From assembly GCA_032718475.1 (NCBI GenBank), contig JAUCBJ010002001.1:1-34711 (forward strand): 34,711 nt of DNA, read 5' to 3'. The stretch comes from Nemertoderma westbladi. Lineage: Eukaryota; Animalia; Xenacoelomorpha. The notes under the pieces are model-generated. The model did not search any database. It was not told the origin of the DNA and worked only from the letters and a program-made list of their open reading frames with translations. A program made the translations under genes and the position numbers. Position 1 is the stretch's first letter; each line of letters begins with the position of its first letter. This document shows, in pieces, positions 21,403 to 33,700 of the stretch.

Positions 21403-23793
21403 AGATAGGAGTAGCGCCCACCCCTACCCTCGGGTAGTAGATAGGAGTAGCGCACACCCCTACCCTCGGGTAGTAGATAGGAGTAGCGCACACCCCTACC
21501 CTCGGGTAGTAGATAGGAGTAGCGCCAACCCTTCCCTCGGGTAGTAGATAGGAGTAGCGCACACCCCTACCCTCGGGTAGTAGATAGGAGTAGCGCCCAC
21601 CCCTACCCTCGGATAGTAGATAGGAGTAGCGCCCACCCCTACCCTCGGGTAGTAGATAGGAGTAGCGCACACCCCTACCCTCGGGTAGTAGATAGGAGTA
21701 GCGCACACCCCTACCCTCGGGTAGTAGATAGGAGTAGCGCCAACCCTTCCCTCGGGTAGTAGATAGGAGTAGCGCACACCCCTACCCTCGGGTAGTAGAT
21801 AGGAGTAGCGCACACCCCTACCCTCGGGTAGTAGATAGGAGTAGCGCCAACCCTTCCCTCGGGTAGCAGATAGGAGTAGCGCCCACCCCTACCCTCGGGT
21901 AGTAGATAGGAGTAGCGCCCACCCCTACCCTCGGGTAGTAGATAGGGGTAGCGCACATCCCTACCCTCGGGTAGTAGATAGGAGTAGCGCCAACCCTTCC
22001 CTCGGGTAGCAGATAGGAGTAGCGCCCACCCCTACCCTCGGGTAGTAGATAGGAGTAGCGCCCACCCCTACCCTCGGGTAGTAGATAGGGGTAGCGCCCA
22101 CCCCTACCTTCGGGTAGTAGATAGGAGTAGCGCACACCCCTACCCTCGGGTAGTAGATATGAGTAGCGCACACCCCTACCCTCGGGTAGTAGATAGGGGT
22201 AGCGCCCGCCCCTACCCTCGGGTAGTAGATAGGATTAGCGCATACCCCTACCCTCGGGTAGTAGATAGGAGTAGCGCACACCCCTACCCTCGGGTAGTAG
22301 ATAGGGGTAGCGCCCACCCCTACCTTCGGGTAGTAGATAGGAGTAGCGCACATCCCTACCCTCGGGTAGTAGATAGGAGTAGCGCACACCCCTACCCTCG
22401 GGTAGTAGATAGGAGTAGCGCACACCCCTACCCTCGGGTAGTAGATAGGGGTAGCGCCCACCCCTACCCTCGGGTAGTAGATAGGAGTAGCGCACATCCC
22501 TACCCTCGGGTAGTAGATAGGATTAGCGCCCACCCCTACCCTCGGGTAGTAGATAGGAGTAGCGCACATCCCTACCCTCGGGTAGTAGATAGGATTAGCG
22601 CCCACCCCTACCCTCGGGTAGTAGATAGGATTAGCGCCCACCCCTACCTTCGGGTAGCAGATAGGAGTAGCGCACATCCCTACCCTCGTGTAGTAGATAG
22701 GAGTAGCGCCCATCCCTACCCTCGGGTAGTAGATAGGAGTAGCGCACATCCCTACCCTCGGGAAGTAGATAAGAGTAGCGCCCATCCCTACCCTCGGGTA
22801 GTAGATAGGAGTAGCGCCCATCCCTACCCTCGGGTAGTAGATAGGATTAGCGCCCACCCCTACCCTCGGGTAGTAGATAGGATTAGCGCACACCCCTACC
22901 CTCGGGTAGTAGATAGGAGTAGCGCACACCCCTACCCTCGGGTAGTAGATAGGGGTAGCGCCCGCCCCTACCCTCGGGTAGTAGATAGGATTAGCGCCCA
23001 CCCCTACCTTCGGGTAGCAGATAGGAGTAGCGCACATCCCTACCCTCGTGTAGTAGATAGGAGTAGCGCCCATCCCTACCCTCGGGTAGTAGATAGGGGT
23101 AGCGCCCACCCCTACCCTCGGGTAGTAGATAGGAGTAGCGCACATCCCTACCCTCGGGTAGTAGATAGGAGTAGCGCACACCCCTACCCTCGGGTAGTAG
23201 ATAGGATTAGCGCCCACCCCTACCTTCGGGTAGTAGATAGGGGTAGCGCCCACCCCTACCCTCGGGTAGTAGATATGAGTAGCGCACATCCCTACCCTCG
23301 GGTAGTAGATAGGAGTAGCGCACATCCCTACCCTCGGGAAGTAGATAAGAGTAGCGCCCATCCCTACCCTCGGGTAGTAGATAGGAGTAGCGCCCATCCC
23401 TACCCTCGGGTAGTAGATAGGAGTAGCGCCCACACCTACCCTCGGGTAGTAGATAAGAGTAGCGCCCACCCCTACCTTCGGGTAGTAGATAGGAGTAGCG
23501 CCCACACCTACCCTCGGGTAGTAGATAAGAGTAGCGCCCACCCCTACCTTCGGGTAGTAGATAGGAGTAGCGCCCACCCCAACCCTCGGGTAGTAGATAA
23601 GAGTAGCGCCCACCCCTACCTTCGGGTAGTAGATAGGATTAGCGCCCACCCCTACCTTCGGGTAGCAGATAGGAGTAGCGCCCACCCCTACCTTCGGGTA
23701 GTAGATAGGAGTAGCGCACACCCCAACCCTCGGGTAGTAGATAGGAGTAGCGCACACCCCTACCCTCTGGTAGTAGATAGGAGTAGCGCACAC
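21403..23793 (+). repeat. 36-bp minisatellite, roughly 66 copies
   Basis: Unit agataggagtagcgc(a/c)cacccctaccctcgggtagt, with internal hairpin ctacc-ctcg-ggtag. 35-bp variants are confined to the 5' part. Confidence 0.97.
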
Positions 23794-25695
23794 AGGCTTC
23801 GGCCGACTGTTTGCTTGTTTTTGCTATTTTACTTACTTTCCCTTCAATACTATACAATACAATAGTATTCAGTATATTGCAGTAAGCAGGTTACATGAGT
23901 GAGTCAACTGTTGCGAGGCAACGAAAACAATATGAGTGATAGGAATTTAGTAGCCCTATAGGAATTTAGGGTAGAAAGTGTAAAATCTATTATCGTTACT
24001 CGTAGGTGTAATATCTCATTACTTTAGCTTATTCTGTAACTCAAAGCCATGTGTAGGGTGTAGGGGACTTAGCTAGATTCCCATTTATTCGTATTCAATT
24101 ATTAATGACATGCAGTGGCGGGTATTCAACCACCTTCTACTAATCATTAATAATTTATGACACATATGAATAGAATATTCCGGTGCTGAATGGCGTGACC
24201 TTACCGGTTCGCCTAACACTTACCAAACGAACATTTTACATTTTCATCACGAAATTATGAGTACCACTTTGTGTATAAACATTATCAACGACGAATTTGT
24301 ACGTAACTTATTAACATAAATTGACAGATAGCTTATTTGTCGGTATTTATGTTATCTGTGTTATCTATAAACTTCACTTTCATCCACTTAAACTTGCATA
24401 GAGTGGATGAGGGTAATATTTATCTTAATAGTTTTCGTGAGAGAACGACTTTATATCAACAGTTTTTGTATGACTATTATTCAATAAAATAAAAAAAGAA
24501 ACAGCAGTTGGCCAAAATTAAAATATTCCGCCTTCATGCTTTAAGTTTTGCACTCACATTGGCATTTAGTCAATAAAAGATTCAAAAATCGTGCAAAACT
24601 TATTTGGAAATAATTAAATACCAATTACGATGTAAAATAGCGCGCGAGCCAGATAGGGTTAAATTTAAAAAACGTTTATTATTTTGTGCCCAAAAACGAG
24701 AAATTTGATTTTGATTCGATAAAATGATATAAAAGGTTGACTTTCACAAAAAATTTTTTTTTAATAATTTGCTTAATGTTAAAATTTGATTTTCACAGTC
24801 GTTTTCTTACCCCCAGGTCGGGTTTCTATTTGCACTGACACATATGTCAAATATATTGGTACCGGTATCTATCTATACAGTATTCCGATTGAACCTATTT
24901 GGTTAATACGACTGCATCGGTTTCGGGACTAAACTTTACTTGGCTGACTGGATTCGGATTGTGTTTACACTTGTTGCGGTTCCTAAATCCTCAAATGCCA
25001 GATATGTTGAGTGAATTGTCAATGAATATGCTTTGATAAAGATGTGTCGATGCTGAATGAAAGCAAACATAGTGTATGTTGGAGAGTAACATCAATCGAT
25101 TAAAGTAATGGGCGGGGCGGGGGTGGGTGTGGGGGGATGGGGGATGGGGGATGGGGGGTGGGGGGGGGGGGCTACAATTTGTATGGTAATCTAATTCCTT
25201 CTGTTGAAACTGTAATCATTTGAAATGAATTTAAAGTTTAGAATCAGGCAGCAGTGAGTCGTGGTAAATCGATAAGCTACCATGATTTATCCTCGTCACA
25301 ATATTATAATCCCTTGTATTGGCGATGTGAATTCATTTACTGTTATCTGATTCTGATTCATGTTCTGAGCTGACTGAAATCGGACATTCGGCTTTGTGCC
25401 TTCGTGCTGGGTGATATTTCTTTTCCCATTCAAGGTTCACACAGCTGTTTCTAAAAGTTGAAAATCTTGTTTTCTAAATTCTCGTCTGCAATTCGGCCTT
25501 ACATTATTACTTTACTTATTTTAAATTAAAATCGCATTCATTTATGAATAACCCGCCATGGACATGGTCAACCCGCCCTAGCTAACTGTTTCAATAAACT
25601 CATTCATTACTTATGCGTTCCGAAGCACACAAAATTGGAAATCTCTCACTGTTTTAACCTACCATCGAGCAGCTGCTACTGTAACTGTACGTGTG

Positions 25696-25749
25696 TGTAG
25701 GGGTCACCCCTACATGCCCAGTACCCACCCCTAAGGGGTGGGTACTGGG
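25696..25749. repeat. Two adjacent perfect inverted repeats
   Basis: tgtagggg-tca-cccctaca (25696-25714) and cccagtacccacccct-a-aggggtgggtactggg (25717-25749). Confidence 0.85.
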
Positions 25750-27547
25750 TAGGCCTATATGGGGTCCAAACCAATAAACCCTAAATGATTACATTTACCC
25801 AGAATTGCTCCTAATACACTGGGCTAGGCTCTCTATATTTAGTTAGCTATAATAGTCGGATGTCATTGAGATTGGTTGGAGATTGCGTTCGACATACTGT
25901 ACATGATAAATACACCGTGTTTAGGCACAGGAACTGGTCCAGTGTTACTTTTTTTTGTATTTATATTCTGAATTGCAGTTCTTTTTATTTACTCTGTATA
26001 ACCTGTAATGTAAACTCTAGTCCTGCCGGTTGTGCATACCAAGTAAGTTAAGGGAGATTTGTTGCATATCCATTGCCTTGGGGTATATCGCTCTCACGCT
26101 TTGTGATGTTAATGTTGTCCTGGTTTGTTTGACCGTTGCATTCGATTGAGTGCAGTTGTGAATGTGTTGGGCTCCCTGAGTTCGGAAACCATTATTCCTC
26201 GTTGCACTCAGCAAGTGGTACTGCACCAATTCTGATAGCTTATGCAGAATTAAGGAGGCACTGGGCACACCTAGTAGGTGTTAGGGTGTTTCACTTCTTC
26301 AAAGATGATTAGTATTGCGTCAGATCAACACTTTTTTAATTATCTATTTTCCTTTGTATAATATACATCGTATTGTTTCGACATGGTTTATTGTGAATTT
26401 CAATCGCCGCTTGCAGTTACAGACGGCGTAAATTTCAGACACAGACTAACTGGGTGCCACCCCCCCCCCCACGCTTAGTTACAGACTAGCTGTGATATAT
26501 TATACCTCTTGACCTTAATGATGGTAGACTGGTAGGGGGGATATGAAGTCATACGAGTAAAGTCCTTACTGCGTCGGTTGAGCTCAAATATACTTTATTT
26601 AGTAAACATTAACTTACGATCTATACGCCATGTCGTGTTTATTTATACCTTGTTCCGTTTTGTTGCTAGAATCTGCAGAATGAGGACAATGCGAATTGCG
26701 ATTAGAATTGTACTAGAATATATTTGAAATTATGCGAAAATGCATTTCATATTCTAGAACAATACCTGGACATAAAAATGATAGTTCAGTTCCGTACTTA
26801 CAACTAAATGGAAGGGTGCGTCACATGGCGAAATAGAATCGGCCATTCTTACCGATTATGATTCATAAATGATTTGAAAAGATATTAATTACCTACTGTG
26901 AACTGTCTTGGTTCCCAACCAACCCAATTGAACTAATATGTTAAATTTGTAGTAAGTTATGTTACATACCAGGGGACATAATCCTGAAAGCATCTAGTCT
27001 GCGTTCTGTTTGGAGCTGCGGAAGGTGCCCCTAGCTACCTACCCCTCCCCCCCACCCCCCACAATGCTTTGACAGATACACCTGGTTAAAATGACAGTTT
27101 CTTTGTTTATTATGACTGTCTACAGCTACACTAAGACTAAAATCTAGAAATTCATTAGGGACGTCCTGTGATGTTCAACCATTTCGGACGCGCAGGTGCA
27201 TCAAATCTGTACCAGCTCTCCGTTTGTCTGTCATCAAACTTTGGTAGAATAAACCCCAGGGGTGTTCTTTTTAATATTTACTTCGTGATATGTTTACATT
27301 TGTAGTAATTCTGAAGCATTGCAAGGTGGCATCATGCATCGGCAACTATGTTCTACAACAGAGAGTGGTAACTTTTAAATATATTTACTATTAAAGAGCT
27401 AGAGTATGGCTTTCCGTGCAACATGCAGGTTATTAATCAAGTTAATAAATTAAGTGAATAATTTAATTCATTCAATTTCAAATCAATTAATAATATTACG
27501 TAATATAAATTGTGTTTGTAAAAATTATTTTATTTTCTATATTACAG

Positions 27548-27730
27548 GTGAGTGAGGCCGACCTGTTTGATACCGTCTACATTAGTTCTAAAGCAATACA
27601 TTCAGTTGAAGAGCAGCTGGACTGGCACCAACTACATAGTCTACAATGTCTCACTGACGACTATTTACGTAACAGTAGCTCACAGTCGGCGTGGTCATCT
27701 GGGGCCAAACTTCTTGAAGCTCTCAGGAGG
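27548..27730 (+). CDS. GRID: GluD-like receptor exon 8 (gene continues beyond window)
   Basis: ttttctatattacag|; VSEADLFDTVYISSKAIHSVEEQLDWHQLHSLQCLTDDYLRNSSSQSAWSSGAKLLEALRR; AGG|GTTAGT. 183 nt, phase 0-0. Parallels GluD '[29 protein letters not shown]...PWNGGRSMLDTIKK'. Confidence 0.9.
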
Positions 27731-30700
27731 GTTAGTGGTAGGGTTTGGGTGTGGGTTAGTAGTTAGTGATAGGGTTAGGGTGTGGGTTAGTAGTTAGTGA
27801 TAGGGTTAGGGTGTGGGTTAGTAGTTAGTGGTAGGGTTTGGGTGTGGGTTAGTAGTTAGTGATAGGGTTAGGGTTTGGGTTAGTAGTTAGTGATAGGGTT
27901 AGGGTGTGGGTTAGTAGTTAGTGATAGGGTTAGGGTGTGGGTTAGTAGTTAGTGATAGGGTTAGGGTGTGGGTTAGTAGTTTGTGATAGGGTTAGGGTTA
28001 GGGTGTGGGTTAGTAGTTAGTGATAGGGTTAGGGTGTGGGTTAGTAGTTAGTGATAGGGTTAGGGTGTGGGTTAGTAGTTAGTGATAGGGTTAGGGTGTG
28101 GATTAGTAGTTAGTGATAGGGTTAGGGTGTGGGTTAGTAGTTAGTGATAGGGTTAGGGTATGGGTTAGTAGTTAGTGATAGGGTTAGGGTGTGGGTTAGT
28201 AGTTAGTGATAGGGTTAGGGTGTGGGTTAGTAGTTAGTGATAGGGTTAGGGTGTGGGTTAGTAGTTAGTGATAGGGTTAGGGTTAGGGTGTGGGTTAGTA
28301 GTTAGTGATAGGGTTAGGGTGTGGGTTAGTAGTTAGTGATAGGGTTAGGGTGTGGGTTAGTAGTTAGTGATAGGGTTAGGGTGTGGGTTAGTAGTTAATG
28401 ATAGGGTTAGGGTGTGGGTGTGGGTTAGTAGTTAGTGATAGGGTTAGGGTGTGGGTTAGTAGTTAGTGATAGGGTTAGGGTGTGGGTTAGTAGTTAGTGA
28501 TAGGGTTAGGGTGTGGGTTAGTAGTTAGTGATCGGGTTAGGGTGTGGGTTAGTAGTTAGTGATAGGGTTAGGGTGTGGGTTAGTAGTTAGTGGTAGGGTT
28601 TGGGTGTGGGTTAGTAGTTAGTGATAGGGTTAGGGTGTGGGTTAGTAGTTAGTGATAGGGTTAGGGTGTGGGTTAGTAGTTAGTGATAGGGTTAGGGTGT
28701 GGGTTAGTAGTTAGTGATAGGGTTAGGGTGTGGGTTAGTAGTTAGTGATAGGGTTTGGGTGTGGGTTAGTAGTTAGTGATAGGGTTAGGGTGTGGGTTAG
28801 TAGTTAGTGATAGGGTTAGGGTGTGGGTTAGTAGTTAGTGATAGGGTTAGGGTGTGGGTTAGTAGTTAGTGATAGGGTTAGGGTGTGGGTTAGTAGTTAG
28901 TGATAGGGTTAGGGTGTGGGTTAGTAGTTAGTGATAGGGTTAGGGTGTGGGTTAGTAGTTAGTGATAGGGTTAGGGTGTGGGTTAGTAGTTAGTGATAGG
29001 GTTAGGGTGTGGGTTAGTAGTTAGTGATAGGGTTAGGGTTAGGGTGTGGGTTAGTAGTTAGTGATGGGTTAGGGTGTGGGTTAGTAGTTAGTGATAGGGT
29101 TAGGGTGTGGGTTAGTAGTTAGTGATAGGGTTAGTGTTAGTGGTAGGGTTTGGGTGTGGGTTAGTAGTTAGTGGTAGGGTTTGGGTGTGGGTTAGTAGTT
29201 AGTGATAGGGTTAGGGTGTGGGTTAGTAGTTAGTGATAGGGTTAGGGTGTGGGTGTGGGTGTGGGTTAGTAGTTAGTGATAGGGTTAGGGTGTGGGTTAG
29301 TAGTTAGTGACAGGGTTAGGGTGTGGGTTAGTAGTTAGTGATAGGGTTTGGGTGTGGGTTAGTAGTTAGTGATAGGGTTAGGGTGTGGGTTAGTAGTTAG
29401 TGATAGGGTTAGGGTGTGGGTTAGTAGTTAGTGATAGGGTTAGGGTGTGGGTTAGTAGTTAGTGATAGGGTTAGGGTGTGGGTTAGTAGTTAGTGATAGG
29501 GTTAGGGTGTGGGTTAGTAGTTAGTGATAGGGTTAGGGTGTGGATTAGTAGTTAGTAATAGGGTTAGGGTGTGGGTTAGTAGTTAGTGATAGGGTTAGGG
29601 TGTGGGTTAGTAGTTAGTGATAGGGTTAGGGTGTGGGTTAGTAGTTAGTGATAGGGTTAGGGTGTGGGTTAGTAGTTAGTGATAGGGTTAGGGTGTGGGT
29701 TAGTAGTTAGTGATAGGGTTAGGGTGTGGGTTAGTAGTTAGTGATAGGGTTAGGGTGTGGGTTAGTAGTTAGTGATAGGGTTAGGGTGTGGGTTAGTAGT
29801 TAGTGATAGGGTTAGGGTTAGGGTGTGGGTTAGTAGTTAGTGAATAGGGTTAGGGTGTGGGTTAGTAGTTAGTGATAGGGTTAGGGTGTGGGTTAGTAGT
29901 TAGTGATAGGGTTAGGGTGTGGGTTAGTAGTTAGTGGTAGGGTTTGGGTGTGGGTTAGTAGTTAGTGATAGGGTTAGGGTGTGGGTTAGTAGTTAGTGAT
30001 AGGGTTAGGGTGTGGGTTAGTAGTTAGTGATAGGGTTAGGGTGTGGGTTAGTAGTTAGTGATAGGGTTAGGGTGTGGGTTAGTAGTTAGTGATAGGGTTT
30101 GGGTGTGGGTTAGTAGTTAGTGATAGGGTTAGGGTGTGGGTTAGTAGTTAGTGATAGGGTTAGGGTGTGGGTTAGTAGTTAGTGATAGGGTTAGGGTGTG
30201 GGTTAGTAGTTAGTGATAGGGTTAGGGTGTGGGTTAGTAGTTAGTGATAGGGTTAGGGTGTGGGTTAGTAGTTAGTGATAGGGTTAGGGTGTGGGTTAGT
30301 AGTTAGTGATAGGGTTAGGGTGTGGGTTAGTAGTTAGTGATAGGGTTAGGGTGTGGGTTAGTAGTTAGTGATAGGGTTAGGGTGTGGGTTAGTAGTTAGT
30401 GATAGGGTTAGGGTGTGGGTTAGTAGTTAGTGATAGGGTTAGGGTGTGGGTTAGTAGTTAGTGATAGGGTTAGGGTGTGGGTTAGTACTTAGTGATAGGG
30501 TTAGGCTGTGGGTTAGTAGTTAGTGATAGGGTTAGGGTGTGGGTTAGTAGTTAGTGATAGGGTTAGGGTGTGGGTTAGTAGTTAGTGATAGGGTTAGGGT
30601 GTGGGTTAGTAGTTAGTGATAGGGTTAGGGTGTGGGTTAGTAGTTAGTGATAGGGTTAGGGTGTGGGTTAGTAGTTAGTGATAGGTTTAGGGTGTGGGTT

Positions 30701-33700
30701 AGTAGTTAGTGATAGGGTTAGGGTGTGGGTTAGTAGTTACTGATAGTGATGGGGTTAGAGTGTGGGTTAGTAGTTAGTGATAGGGTTAGGGTGTGGGTTA
30801 GTAGTTAGTGATAGGGTTAGGGTGTGGGTTAGTAGTTAGTGATAGGGTTTGGGTGTGGGTTAGTAGTTAGTGATAGGGTTAGGGTGTGGGTTAGTAGTTA
30901 GTGATATGGTTAGGGTGTGGGTTAGTAGTTAGTGATAGGGTTAGGGTGTGGGTTAGTAGTTAGTGATAGGGTTAGGGTGTGTGTTAGTAGTTAGCGATAG
31001 GGTTAGGGTGTGGATTAGTAGTTAGTAGATAGGGTTAGGGTGTGGGTTAGTAGTTAGTGATAGGGTTAGGGTGTGGGTTAGTAGTTAGTGATAGGGTTAG
31101 GGTGTGGGTTAGTAGTTAGTGACAGGGTTAGGGTGTGGGTTAGTAGTTAGTGATAGGGTTAGGGTGTGGGTTAGTAGTTAGTGATAGGGTTAGGGTGTGG
31201 GTTAGTAGTTAGTGATAGGGTTAGGGTGTGGGTTAGTAGTTAGTGATAGGGTTAGGGTGTGGGTTAGTAGTTAGTGATAGGGTTATGGTGTGGGTTAGTA
31301 GTTAGTGATAGGGTTAGGGTTAGGGTGTGGGTTAGTAGTTAGTGATAGGGTTAGGGTGTGGGTTAGTAGTTAGTGATAGGGTTAGGGTTAGGGTGTGGGT
31401 TAGTAGTTAGTGATAGGGTTTGGGTGTGGGTTAGTAGTTAGTGATAGGGTTAGGGTGTGGGTTAGTAGTTAGTGATAGGGTTAGGGTGTGGGTTAGTAGT
31501 TAGTGATAGGGTTATGGTTAGGTGTGGGTTAGTAGTTAGTGATAGGGTTAGGGTGTGGGTTAGTAGTTAGTGATAGGGTTAGGGTGTTGGGTTAGTAGTT
31601 AGTGATAGGGTTAGGGTGTGGGTTAGTAGTTAGTGATAGGGTTAGGGTGTGGGTTAGTAGTTAGTGATAGGGTTAGGGTGTTGGTTAGTAGTTAGTGATA
31701 GGGTTAGGGTTGTGGGTTAGTAGTTAGTGATAGGGTTAGTGGTGTGGGTTAGTAGTTAGTGATAGGGTTAGGGTGTGGGTTAGTAGTTAGTGATAGGGTT
31801 AGGGTGTTGGTTAGTAGTTAGTGATAGGGTTAGGGTGGTGTGGGTTAGTAGTTAGTGATAGGGTTAGGGTTGGGTGTGGTTAGTAGTTAGTGATAGGGTT
31901 AGGGTGTGGGTTAGTAGTTAGTGAATGGGTTAGGGTGTGGGTTAGTAGTTATTGATAGGGTTAGGGTGTGGGTTAGTAGTTAGTGATAGGGTTAGGGTTT
32001 GGGTTAGTAGTTAGTGATATGGTTAGGGTTAGGGTGTGGGTTAGTAGTTAGTGATAGGGTTAGGGTGTGGGTTAGTAGTTAGTGATAGGGTTAGGGTTAG
32101 GGTGTGGGTTAGTAGTTAGTGATAGGGTTAGGGTGTGGGTTAGTAGTTAGTGATATGGTTAGGGTGTGGGTTAGTAGTTAGTGATAGGGTTAGGGTGTGG
32201 GTTAGTAGTTAGTGATAGGGTTAGGGTGTGGGTTAGTAGTTAGTGATGGTTAGGGTGTGGATTAGTAGTTAGTAATAGGGTTAGGGTGTGGGTTAGTAGT
32301 TAGTGATAGGGTTAGGGTGTGGGTTAGTAGTTAGTGATAGGGTTAGGGTGTGGGTTAGTAGTTAGTAATAGGGTTAGGGTGTGGGTTAGTAGTTAGTGAT
32401 AGGGTTAGGGTGTGGGTTAGTAGTTAGTGATAGGGTTAGGGTGTGGGTTAGTAGTTAGTGATAGGGTTAGGGTGTGGGTTAGTAGTTAGTGATAGGGTTT
32501 GGGTGTGGGTTAGTAGTTAGTGATAGGGTTAGGGTGTGGGTTAGTAGTTAGTGATAGGGTTAGGGTGTGGGTTAGTAGTTAGTGATAGGGTTAGGGTGTG
32601 GGTTAGTAGTTAGTGATAGGGTTAGGGTGTGGGTTAGTAGTTAGTGATAGGGTTAGGGTGTGGGTTAGTAGTTAGTGATAGGGTTAGGGTGTGGGTTAGT
32701 AGTTAGTGATAGGGTTTGGGTGTGGGTTAGTAGTTAGTGATAGGGTTAGGGTGTGGGTTAGTAGTTAGTGATAGTGGTTAGGGTGTGGGTTAGTAGTTAG
32801 TGATAGGGTTAGGGTGTGGGTTAGTAGTTAGTGATAGGGTTAGGGTGTGGGTTAGTAGTTAGTGATAGGGTTAGGGTGTGGGTTAGTAGTTAGTGATAGG
32901 GTTAGGGTGTGGGTTAGTAGTTAGTGATAGGGTTAGGGTGTGGGTTAGTAGTTAGTGATAGGGTTAGGGTGTGGGTTAGTAGTTAGTGATAGGGTTAGGG
33001 TGTGGGTTAGTAGTTAGTGATAGGGTTAGGGTGTGGGTTAGTAGTTAGTGATAGGGTTAGGGTGTGGGTTAGTAGTTAGTGATAGGGTTAGGGTGTGGGT
33101 TAGTAGTTAGTGATAGGGTTAGGGTGTGGGTTAGTAGTTAGTGATAGGGTTAGGGTGTGGGTTAGTAGTTAGTGATAGGGTTAGGGTGTGGGTTAGTAGT
33201 TAGTGATAGGGTTAGGGTGTGGGTTAGTAGTTAGTGATAGGGTTAGGGTGTGGGTTAGTAGTTAGTGATAGGGTTAGGGTGTGGGTTAGTAGTTAGTGAT
33301 AGGGTTAGGGTGTGGGTTAGTAGTTAGTGATAGGGTTAGGGTGTGGGTTAGTAGTTAGTGATAGGGTTAGGGTGTGGGTTAGTAGTTAGTGATAGGGTTA
33401 GGGTGTGGGTTAGTAGTTAGTGATAGGGTTAGGGTGTGGGTTAGTAGTTAGTGATAGGGTTAGGGTGTGGGTTAGTAGTTAGTGATAGGGTTAGGGTGTG
33501 GGTTAGTAGTTAGTGATAGGGTTAGGGTGTGTGGTTAGTAGTTAGTGATAGGGTTAGGGTGTGGGTTAGTAGTTAGTGATAGGGTTAGGGTGTGGGTTAG
33601 TAGTTAGTGATAGGGGTTAGTAGTTAGTGGTAGGGTTAGGGTGTGGGTTAGTAGTTAGTGATAGGGTTAGGGTGTGGGTTAGTAGTTAGTGATAGGGTTA

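Noticed and set aside
21961-23865. 610-aa (-) and 568-aa (+) repeat ORFs
   Set aside because: Both strands are open because the unit is 36 bp. The ORFs break where 35-bp variants occur and have no non-repetitive domain.
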